A stretch of DNA of 64,000 nt, taken from positions 111,600,001 through 111,664,000 of the forward strand of contig NW_026262701.1 of assembly GCF_021869535.1 (NCBI RefSeq). The letters run 5' to 3'. Source of the DNA: Mytilus californianus (lineage: Eukaryota). The translations under genes and the position numbers were made by a program. The notes under the pieces were generated by a model. It did no database searches. It saw only the letters and a list, made by a program, of their open reading frames with translations, and was not told where the DNA came from. Shown here in pieces: positions 55,301-64,000 of this stretch (positions are counted from its first letter, which is position 1; each line of letters opens with the position of its first letter).

Positions 55301-57247
55301 AAATGAACTTAGAATGGAGTCAGAAGAATTGTATCAAAAAGCAAAACAGGTAAATAATAGCAGCTTAAGTATTGAATGTGTACCGATACTTAGTGCATAC
55401 ATTGAAGTTAATTTGTTTGTTAGGAGAGGGATTGTTAATTGTTTGTTTAAGGATTTACCTAACCTTGATTCTAGATTTTCAGGAGGGGGGTATTTAAATT
55501 GAAAGTTTCATGCTTTTTTTTTTCATTCTCCCAAACTTACAAAATACAAAATCCCTGAAATATATATAAAACATATCTTCTAGTTAGATATTATTTTATA
55601 CAGAAATGATTTGTATTGGTATTCTTGTTGATTTATTCTTGAAAGCAAGTTATTGGTCTGATTGGTTGTCTTTTTCCGGAGGAGCACTACACAAATTTTG
55701 GGCTTGACATATTGCACAAGAAACCATTCTATTTAGGATTTGTATGTTGACTTCTAATCCACTTTTCTTTTTATTCTGGAACATAATATAGATGTTATAC
55801 TAGTATTGGTGCAATATTTTATTCATATTAAACATTGACAATGTGCTTTCTGTTTAAAATAAAATTATATAAATACTATAGCAGCTGATTGGAAAATGTT
55901 TTTCACACAAATAACTTTATGGAACTTAACCTATGCAAACAGTCAATTCCAATTAGTTTGTTTTGCCTTTTCGCCATAATCTGTAAGAATTATATTTTGA
56001 AACATTTTGAATCAGCTGTTTCAACACTACAATGTGTTTCATCATCATAAAAGAAAAAGACCTATCTAAACGACTCTAGAGGGAAAAGAAAGTTAAGTAA
56101 AACAGATGACTAAACTATAGGAGATATCCTGTATCAATGGTTGTACAACAATGTTTGTCCATTTGGATATCTTGAGACTGTTTAGATGGCAAAAAGGACG
56201 AAACGAATATCACTGATACTGTCTTTCCAATCAGACGGGTCTACTACGATGATGTTCATTGCATATCCAAATTGTTTATAACTAACATTTACAGAAGGAT
56301 AATAAATAATTATACAAGGAAAGAATACCTTTTGAACCCCCTCTGTTGACAAAATAAGCATTGACATACATGAAGGGGGTCCAAAGGGAAGTCTTGCTGC
56401 AGAAGAAAATACTTCCTGTAATAAAACAGTAAAGCTACCCGGTTTATGCATTTATGTCTTGTAAGATTGGTTTTTTTTTTCACTCTTGACCAACCCCTAA
56501 ACTTAATATTAAAAATCTGTAAACCATCAAGTTAAAGAAACCCTGGACTTGGCTTAAACATGAATTATTTCAGTAGTTATCACATCACTTTGACTGCATG
56601 TTCATTTGCCTTATAGGGTGTCAATTAGTGGATACAGGTTACAATTGTACTGTTACACACTTTCTGACACAAACCTTGATATTTTCAATATCATTGACAG
56701 CTGTTCAGAGAATCAAAACACAAATAAATGTAGAATATGATTTAACATGCAGTGGCAAATATTTCAATATCCAGGATGAAAAAGAGCTATGAAATAATCA
56801 ATTAAGAATGTGGTTTGTAAATGATAATGACATAGAAACTGAGAACAACACATTATACATGTACCATTAAGACATATAGAGGTCAACTAACAGCGTGCAA
56901 TGGTCTTTTGGCTAAATGCCATCTGATATTGGTTGCTATATAAAGGTTTGGTGTTGGCTAAGAAATAATTGTAAATTAGCTTTTATATTACTTTTTAAGG
57001 TATTACCAGGTAATACTTTTTCAATAACTTTTTTCTTATCCATGAAGGTAATATTATACAGTATATTAAACCTTTGATTGTTTTGTAGCTAAATAGTGGT
57101 GATATATATTAAAATACTTTTGACTATGTTTTGTAGATCCATGAAGGTGATATTGTTTATCAGTTTAATGGTCCCACAGAAACACCTCCTCCAGATGACT
57201 TTGACTCACCTGATGGACAATATATAGATACAAGTAGAAAGTGGTAG
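46254..57247 (+). CDS. MRPL40: 39S mitochondrial ribosomal protein L40, 5 exons, 216 aa
   Basis: AEPMKRRKKVD, ERRALLVKEW, ALNELRMES, GPTETPP...PDGQYID match the family pattern; phases are consistent. Confidence 0.92.
47236..47316 (+). CDS. MRPL40: MRPL40 exon 2
   Basis: LCCSCGVTRQFHTNSNPLLFYTTPNL(S). Confidence 0.85.
47925..49360 (+). mobile_element. 5'-truncated Penelope-like retroelement (RT C-terminal half plus 3' UTR), probably Naiad-type
   Basis: IGIPMGTNCAP, FRYLDD, FLDL, YDKRDDF..., YGVYISQLVRFAR; the ORF stops at 48719 with no GIY-YIG after the RT; ends in cattccccatttccattctcaatttta. Confidence 0.88.
47940..48719 (+). pseudogene. Reverse transcriptase fragment (259 aa, open)
   Basis: RT motifs from GIPMG onward plus thumb; N-terminal half missing. 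Confidence 0.85.
49580..49753 (+). CDS. MRPL40: MRPL40 exon 3
   Basis: AEPMKRRKKVDLSK...LKPVEEITGNIALRRNR. Confidence 0.93.
50104..50374 (-). mobile_element. Short HINE-like element
   Basis: Reverse strand begins aacaagaatgtgtccatagtacac; ends with (gac.)n microsatellite and gggcataaaaa. Confidence 0.7.
50745..51400. repeat. About 33-bp intronic minisatellite
   Basis: ttggggttcagcaaaatccatggtgttgtagata and variants. Confidence 0.92.
51605..52152 (-). mobile_element. 3' UTR-only copy of a related Penelope-like family
   Basis: Shares blocks with 48900-49120 (ggggagggttgag..ctcataaacatgtt.aaccccgc...caagtcaggagcct). Confidence 0.75.
52497..54690 (+). mobile_element. HINE-like element with a ~130-bp satellite array and internal hairpins
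   Basis: SubTIR tacgaccgca (52523) / tgcggtcgta (54673); array 52985-53810; (gac)n; 3' palindrome; a 5' fragment of the same family at about 28012-28100. Confidence 0.8.
52834..52978. repeat. About 145-bp fold-back palindrome, end of an element nested at about 52690-52985
   Basis: About 54-bp arms aatgactgtaatattttttctgtctat...gtggtgca, inner stem aataacc/ggttatt. Confidence 0.9.
54688..54809. repeat. 58-bp direct duplication (period 64) at the HINE 3' junction
   Basis: aaacgagtagtcaggactcatgaat.caagcttcacccatttattgccaccaagatct x2. Confidence 0.9.
55151..55349 (+). CDS. MRPL40: MRPL40 exon 4
   Basis: KLRREFEPLEIEEIERRALLVKEWGHY...ALNELRMESEELYQKAKQ. Confidence 0.95.
57137..57247 (+). CDS. 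MRPL40: MRPL40 exon 5 (stop)
   Basis: IHEGDIVYQFNGPTETPPPDDFDSPDGQYIDTSRKW*; AATAAA at 57258. Confidence 0.93.
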   Translation: MHEGDIVYQFNGPTETPPPDDFDSPDGQYIDTSRKW

Positions 57248-58699
57248 AATTTATTTCAATAAAAAATAGGAAAAAAGTGGTTTATTATTTATTGCACAAA
57301 GAAAAATGTTTAAAAAAAAAACACATGATACTGATTATTGATACACAAAAGGATAATATGAATTTCCAAAAATATTGGACAACTGAACAGACCATACAGA
57401 CCACAAAAAAATGGAACAGTTATGAAAAAAAATATACGTACAAAGACAAACGACACATAATTCAGATAGCTTGAATTGGTATAGGCACAAAATGAGGTGA
57501 GATTAAACCAGTTTAATGTATGTACAACATGTGTTCATGTTTCTGGAATTACCTTCACATTGGAAAGACTTGAGGCCAAAAGTTTTACAAGCCAACAAAA
57601 TGTTCAAGAGCACAAAAACTGAAAGGACAGAAAAAGAACAGTAAAACTGTCTATGGTTAACTTTGCGAGAGGGAGTTTTAACTTTACCGTAGTTTACAAA
57701 TGTTTTATTAGATAAAACCACATTAAACAACACCCGTATATTATCACAAAGTAATGATTTTATTTTGGTCTAAATGTTTTGCCAGAAAGAGTGGTGTCTT
57801 CTATTACTTTGATGAAAGACAACTTTTAATACACTATTTACCATACCACACAATCATCACTTAGGTAATGGTTCACCATATGTAATTACAGGTACAAAAG
57901 AATTATTGATATAAAAACAGGAATACAATAAATTGTCATACAGCAGTTTAATTACAAATCACATAACTTAAGTACAAATGTTTCTCAAATCAGACTTTTT
58001 CATTTTCCACTTGTATAAATTATAAAACAATTGTGAGATATCAAAGGTTTAGTTACAATATAGTATAATTTATTATGCAAAAGAATGTATTGTTCTAGAG
58101 AAGAATTACTACAGAATGAAGACGCTCCCAGAATCATTAAGAATTTACATTCTATGTATGCACAATAGATTAAAACAAAGCATTGACATGCATATTTGTC
58201 CCTTATACCTCTAATGACATTGATGACAACTGTTGTGCTACTAATATTACCACCCTATCAATACAAAGTTTTGTAAAACGTTGAAGCTTGTAGTGAAGTA
58301 TCAATGAAAAGAGACTTAAATTAATAAATTTTGGTACTTAATAAAAACCTCTAAAACAAATGTTTTTGAAGTTTTTCTTGAACAGATGGCAATAAAATGT
58401 AACATACAGAAATACCTCCGTCATAAGTTTGGATGATGCTCGTTCATCATTATTTTATAACAGTTCATCAATTCTTTGTAGTGACTAATGTATTAAAATT
58501 AGTAGCAGCAGCAGGAAACACAGACATAATTACTTTTTACATTTTAAAAACAGTGAAGTTATAGGGATATGCCTGTAATACTCTTGAAATCTAAAACTTA
58601 CTGCTCTCATACTAACAATGTTTAGTGCTTTCTCATTTTGCTTTAAACAGATCTGATACAGTTTTGTTATCATTATGACAACTAATATACAATAATTCA

Positions 58700-58800
58700 T
58701 CAACAGCAAAATCTCCTGTCATGTTCAAAGTTGTTAAAATCTACTAGTAAACAGGCTCCTAAAACCATTAGTTTCTTTATAATATCCAAGTCTGTTAAAA
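58700..58800 (-). CDS. Scramblase terminal exon
   Basis: (F)LTDLDIIKKLMVLGACLLVDFNNFEHDRRFCC*. Confidence 0.85.
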
Positions 58801-61800
58801 CTGCAATAAAAGTACAAATATCAAAAGCACACTCTAAATTAAACTTCTCACTTATAGTATATTATGCTACCACTTGAAAATCAATTTTAAAAGTAAACTT
58901 TACTTATGTGGTGTGAAAATTGTCCACTACTTATGTATGTATGTGGTGTGAAAATTGACCACTACTTATGCATGTATGTGGTGTGATGATTTTCCACTAC
59001 TTATGTATCTATGTGGTGTGGTGATTTTCCCCTACCTGTGTATGTATATGGTAAGATGATTTCCCGCTACTTATGCATGTATGTGGTGTGATGTGATGAT
59101 TTTCATTACTTATGTATGTATGTGGTGTGATGATTTTCATTACTTATGCATGTATGTAGTGTGGTGATTTTCCACTACATATATATGTATGTGTTGTGGG
59201 TATTTTCCACTACCTATGTATGTATATGGTGTGGTGATTTTTCGTTTCTTATGCATGTATGTGGCGTGGTGATTTCTCTCTACTTATGTATGTATGTGGT
59301 GTGGTGATTTTCCACTACTTATGCATGTATGTGGTGGTGATTTCCCTCTACTGATGCATGTATGTGGTGTGGTGATTTTTCACTACCTATGTATGTATAT
59401 GGTGTGATGATTTCCCCCTACTTATGCATGTATGTGGTATGGTGATTTTCCACTACTTGTGTATGTATGTGGTGTGAAGATTTTCCTCTACTGATGCATG
59501 TATGTGGTGTGATGATTTTTTCACTACTTATGCATATATGAAGTGTGATGATTTTATGCTTTTTATGTGTGTATGTAGTGTGATGATTTTCCATTACTTA
59601 TGCATGTATGTGGTGTGATGATTTTCCATTACTTATGCATGTAATGTATGTGTTGTGATGGTTTTCCATTACTTAGGCATGTATGTGGTGTGATGATTTC
59701 CCGCTACTTATGTATGTATGTGGTGTGATGATTTGCCGCTACTTATGTATGTGTATGGTATGATGATTTTCCATTACTTAAGCATCTTTATGGTGTGATC
59801 ATTTTTCTCTACTTATGTATGTATGTGGTGTGATGATTTTCCATTACTTAAGCATGTATGTGGTGTGATGATTTTCCATTACTTAAGCATGTATGTGGTG
59901 TGATGATTTTTCATTACTTATGCATATATGTGGGGTGATGATTTTCCACTCAGCTTACAATAAATTAAGGTCTGATTAAGGTCTGAGAAGTTTAAATTAC
60001 TGATTGTATCAGAGAATAGTTTTACTTATAATATGTTCAACAATTAGGAAAGATAACTCTGGCCATTAGGCAATCTGATTGAAATACAGATCCTGTGTTC
60101 ACGCTTCTCTTACAAGGATCTGACAATGCTCAATTCTAAGTCTCTGTTTTGAAAACGTTTAGAGATCCTCTGATTTTGTTGTAATGAAACACACCTTCAA
60201 AAATTTGAAGGCTGAAATTTCATTGGCTGATTTAATAATTACCAGAACAGGAAGTAGCATGGAGTTTCGTCAGATCCTTGTATGCAAAGCGTGGACACAG
60301 GATCTGAATTTTTAATCAGATCGGACAATAGACTAACAAAAGTTGATAACAAGTTCAACTAGCTCCAATGAAACATTTGAGCTCTCTACTAAACAAAAGG
60401 TTGCATGTGCTTATGTGTTTTATTTCAGTAAAATATAGCATCCTAATTGTTCAAAATACAATGTATCAACAAACACAATTTCCTGTACTGCAAATCTGAA
60501 AGTAGCTAACATACAGAACAACTTAACATTTTCATGCTCCTTACTAAATGTTTTATCAATTACCTTCATACAAGCAAAGAAAAATGTCTTTTTTTTAACC
60601 CCAACCAATCAGGAAGGGATTGCTAGATAGATCTGATTGATTACATAATTAACTACTTCATGTCATTTATATCGTATATGTATGCTTCATGTAATGATTT
60701 GCTTTGATTATGTAGCTCTTGTGTGTTTTGTATTCTTGCTTTGTTTTAAACATGCTTATTTTAAATGTTTTATTTGTAATACGACGATATAAAAGCTCAA
60801 TAGAGCTGATGTTTTTCTGTATTCAAATATTCGTCTATAAATAAAGCTTTTGAATTGAACTTCGATTGATGGCAGTTTAACACAGCATCACTTCACATGG
60901 GCTATTGTAAATCTGATTGATTGATGCCTATTTAATACCTTGTCAACACACATAGGCTATGGTAGATCTGAACATTTATTACACTGTACAGCTAAACCTT
61001 ATCATTACATATGGCACTTACACTCAACAAGGAAGTCATTTTTCAGGTTAAATAATTCTGCACTATCAGATTTAGAATTCTTTATAATTTTAGCAACACA
61101 ATTGTCTGTAGCTGGGTCATAAACCTGAAAAATTACAATTGTGTACATTGATGATGATTATAATACATCAATTACAAATGTATCCATTGATGATAATTGT
61201 AATACATTTATTATAAATGTATACATTGATGATAATTGTAATACATTGATGATAATTATAATATATTTATTTCAAATGTATACATTGATGATGATGAATG
61301 TAACCCATGTTGAATTTTCTGAATTTATAAGAAAAGCTTATGATAAAAAAATGCCTAATATTAAATAAGAATTGATTCAGAATTTTTCATTTTTTTTTAT
61401 TACAAAATATTCAGTAAATTTTATTATAAGTGCAATGTTTAGGGTAATTTACAGTATTACTGCGACTTGACTGTAAGAGTTGCTCTCCACCTATTGCAGT
61501 TTATTCAAAATTCTGACCAAATTGCAGTTTGTAGTATCAAACCAAACTGTTCAACTGGTCAGAAATTTTAACAAACTGCTGTAGAAAAACACAGCCAAGT
61601 GGTGAAAGTGCAAGGTGATAAAATTTGGTTTGATAAAATAAATTGCAATTTGGTCAGAATTTTAAATAAACTGCAATAGGTGGAGAGCAACACTTACAGT
61701 CAAGTCACAGTAATAACATTAGTTGTTAATGTCATTAACACAATATTTTAAAGTGTTAACAGTCCCCAAATAATTTAACCATAATACCAAAAACTCAATA

Positions 61801-62998
61801 ATGTTACCTGAATTTCTATATCAGTACACCAGTTACATGTCTTCATATAACAACAGTTTGTGGTATATGTCAGTGTAGGTTCATTTTCTTTATGAGGTAA
61901 TACATCAAAAATGGGATTACAACAGGTTACTCTGTAAAAAAATAATGGTTAATACACACATGAGTACAAGGAGATGATGGTATATGTCAATGAGACAGCA
62001 ATCCTAGGACACAAATAACCAAACTACATTGGTATGTCTACCTATGGTCTTCATCTATAGACAAGTGTCAAGCTCTAAAACGTCCAGTGTCATTCAAAGT
62101 TTTTTTTTAAAGATTGAAATTCGAGTAGATTGCGATACTAGTATTGGAGTTATCAATGGTCTATAAAAACAAAGTGAATCAGAATCAATTAAAGACTTTT
62201 TATTGACTTATTGTCCTGGACATGCTTGTAATATTTTCCACTGTAATTAACCAATCAACTTGACTGAAGTAGTATTGTAAATGGAGGATAACTTGCCTGC
62301 TGGATCATATAAATCCCTATTTACACTACTGTCATGGATTGTGTTAAACCCAAATGAAACAACAATTCAACAACTATGAAAAAAAGTTTTAACCTTTCTT
62401 CTATGGTACCCAGTCTGATGTGAGGTGGTGAGTTAACTGCCATTGAAGGGGGACCTGGGGAGAAACAGCATCCACGTGAACATGTCATTGTACGGTAAAA
62501 TGTAGCCACGTTTTCATCATCACAGTTATTCATACGTAGATTCAAGTTCCTAGCAGCACCAATACATTCTCTGAACAAACACATGCCAGCTGTTAATAAA
62601 AAAGGGAAAAACATCTTGAAATTAAAACACACATTGAATTTTAGAAAGGCAAAGAGGTGTCACTAAGCAACAAGTTAAATTTTAAACATTATCACTAAAA
62701 AAAAATTTGATTGGGTTAATTAAGCCTATTTTGATTTTAGAAAAAAAAAATTAGCAGTGAAAATAAATAAAATTTGATAAAAATATTGTTTTACAGCATT
62801 GTTTGTCCTGAGACTACTATAACTAACACATGTTATAGTAGTCTCAGGTTTGTCTAACGTTAAAAGGCTCAGCATGATCGATTATGTCTGTTGAAGGCAA
62901 TAGTAATTTTAAGTAAATCATGAAAAACTATGTACCGGTACTTACATTCCTTAATGCTAAGTATTTCATCCTGAGAGTCAGTATCAGTTGTGTATATA
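58700..62998 (-). CDS. Phospholipid scramblase family protein, last five exons (5' end outside window)
   Basis: Spliced peptide IYTTDTDSQDEILSIKESGMCLFRECIGAARNL...TCSRGCC...VNSPP..RLGTIEERVTCCNPIFDV...CCYMKTCNWCTDIEIQVYD...NDFLVEFLTDLDIIKKLMVLGACLLVDFNNFE follows the scramblase pattern; all phases match. Confidence 0.85.
58900..59945. repeat. About 38-bp degenerate minisatellite in the last scramblase intron
   Basis: gatgattttccactacttatgcatgtatgtggtgt, roughly 25-28 units. Confidence 0.92.
60062..60335. mobile_element. MITE-like element with imperfect TIRs
   Basis: atctgattgaaatacagatcctgtgttcacgct / agcgtggacacaggatctgaatttttaatcagat. Confidence 0.65.
61022..61124 (-). CDS. Scramblase exon
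   Basis: VYDPATDNCVAKIIKNSKSDSAELFNLKNDFLVE; GTAAGT donor. Confidence 0.82.
61455..61715. mobile_element. MITE with ~75-bp TIRs
   Basis: tattactgcgacttgactgtaagagttgctctccacctattgcagttt... inverted at 61640-61715. Confidence 0.85.
61808..61931 (-). CDS. Scramblase exon
   Basis: VTCCNPIFDVLPHKENEPTLTYTTNCCYMKTCNWCTDIEIQ. Confidence 0.85.
62394..62589 (-). CDS. Scramblase exon
   Basis: GMCLFRECIGAARNL...CSRGCCFSPG...NSPPHIRLGTIEE; weak GTTAAA donor gives the required phase 2. Confidence 0.8.
62807..62848. repeat. Perfect 17-bp-stem hairpin
   Basis: cctgagactactataac-taacacat-gttatagtagtctcagg. Confidence 0.85.
62946..62998 (-). CDS. Scramblase exon (53 nt)
   Basis: IYTTDTDSQDEILSIKE(S); GTAAGT donor, phase fits next exon. 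Confidence 0.72.
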
Positions 62999-63140
62999 CT
63001 AAATGAAGCTTGTCGAGGTGTACAACACAAAAACACTGCAAAACAAGACGGAATATTATTCTTAAGTTACCGTGTTACTCAGTCTTTAGTTTTTCTATGT
63101 TGTGTTTTGTATACTGTTGTTTGTCTGTTGGTCTTTTTAA

Positions 63141-64000
63141 AGGCAGTGCTTTAATGCCTTTCTAGTTGCCGGGTTAATCCTTCCTTCCGCGATATCCAAC
63201 TTATCTACGTGGGGGGTCATTAAACTCTAAGTAGATCCGGAAATGTTGAATTCTCTCCTCTTCTTATTGCGATATAAAATGTTTTTTGTTACATTTCATT
63301 TACATTGGGAAATAGAGAAACGATCATTGTGTTTTGTTAGTTTTAAAAACTTTTGATATATTAGTATTTTGCATTATAAGCAGTCAACCGATTGACAAAC
63401 TAGAATTATTTGAATTCCGTGTGGAAAGAGCTCGGGTTAATTTCGAGTGTTATCTGCAATCTAGATGTTTATAAATCATTTCAGTCGTTGATATAATAAT
63501 TAAAGGTCGACTGAACATGAATTATATTATACAATTTAAAGCGCATTTCTGTTTATGCACGTGAACCCGTCTAACGTTATTTTCGCAGTTATATAAAGTA
63601 TCAAATTATCGTTCCTGAATAGGTGGCGCCGTGGTAGCGGATCCTGTTCCTCTTCTTCCGGTTTCTGCACTGTGCAACTATTTCAGTTATATTTTTAATT
63701 AACGATGCCAAGTACTTGTTGTTGTGTACCTGGATGTCATTTAAGAGGAGGACATGCATTTCCAAATGACTTAAAAAGAAGGAAAAGTTGGATCAACGCC
63801 ATGGCCCATACGCAGATTGGACGAGAACACGATGATATCGTGGAGTCCATCTCAATCAGCTGTTGTTTGCAAGGCACGTTTTACTGAAAAAGACTACGTG
63901 CAGGAAACTATTCATGGTAAAACTCTATTTTCTTTGTGAAATATATAGTTATATATGTAATCGCCATGCGAATAAACCAAAGTCTGTTTACAACCGCAAT
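63141..64000 (+). mobile_element. Defective THAP-domain DNA transposon, copy 2 (runs off the right edge), in a scramblase intron
   Basis: Reverse complement of about 1073-1945 with scattered differences; TTAA at 63137-63140; THAP exon 63705-63916 has the same 7-bp frameshift. Confidence 0.88.

Noticed and set aside
56190-56300. C/D snoRNA or hammerhead in MRPL40 intron 4 (ggacgaaac, gatgatg)
   Set aside because: No D box (CTGA) at a suitable distance and no CTGATGA core upstream.
57248-58699. Additional gene between MRPL40 and the scramblase (ORFs 57241-57474 and 57503-57733)
   Set aside because: AT-rich, no family signal; best explained as convergent 3' UTRs.
60420-60608. ORF with FVDTLYFE resembling the scramblase last exon
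   Set aside because: Wrong phase or too short; 58700-58800 fits the phase and the DLD..K...GACLLVDF motif much better.

Overview
Intron-rich, AT-rich animal DNA. The repeat families and gene content suggest a bivalve mollusc, probably a mytilid mussel (inference). I reconstructed three host genes by hand, mostly invisible in the ORF track. (1) DNA polymerase epsilon catalytic subunit (POLE), minus strand: 41 phase-consistent GT-AG exons from ATG 44991 down to 1957, about 1844 codons, continuing beyond the left edge, with exonuclease and polymerase motifs intact. (2) Mitochondrial ribosomal protein L40 (MRPL40), plus strand: 5 exons, 46254-57247, head-to-head with POLE. (3) A divergent phospholipid scramblase, minus strand: last 5 exons at 58700-62998, tail-to-tail with MRPL40. 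Introns hold Helentron-like non-autonomous elements with satellite arrays, MITEs, a 5'-truncated Penelope-like RT element with many tail fragments, and a SINE. Two related, defective THAP-domain DNA transposons sit head-to-head at the two window edges. The strongest unexplained pattern is that tandem duplications are repeatedly anchored on splice junctions: about 16 junctions have copies of the exon end plus its splice site, from 2 decayed copies up to about 37 near-identical ones, creating many decoy splice sites in an essential gene. Other leads are a 1-kb TIR element carrying only a 72-aa SH3-like ORF, and an inverted repeat that brackets the MRPL40 core promoter and first exon.
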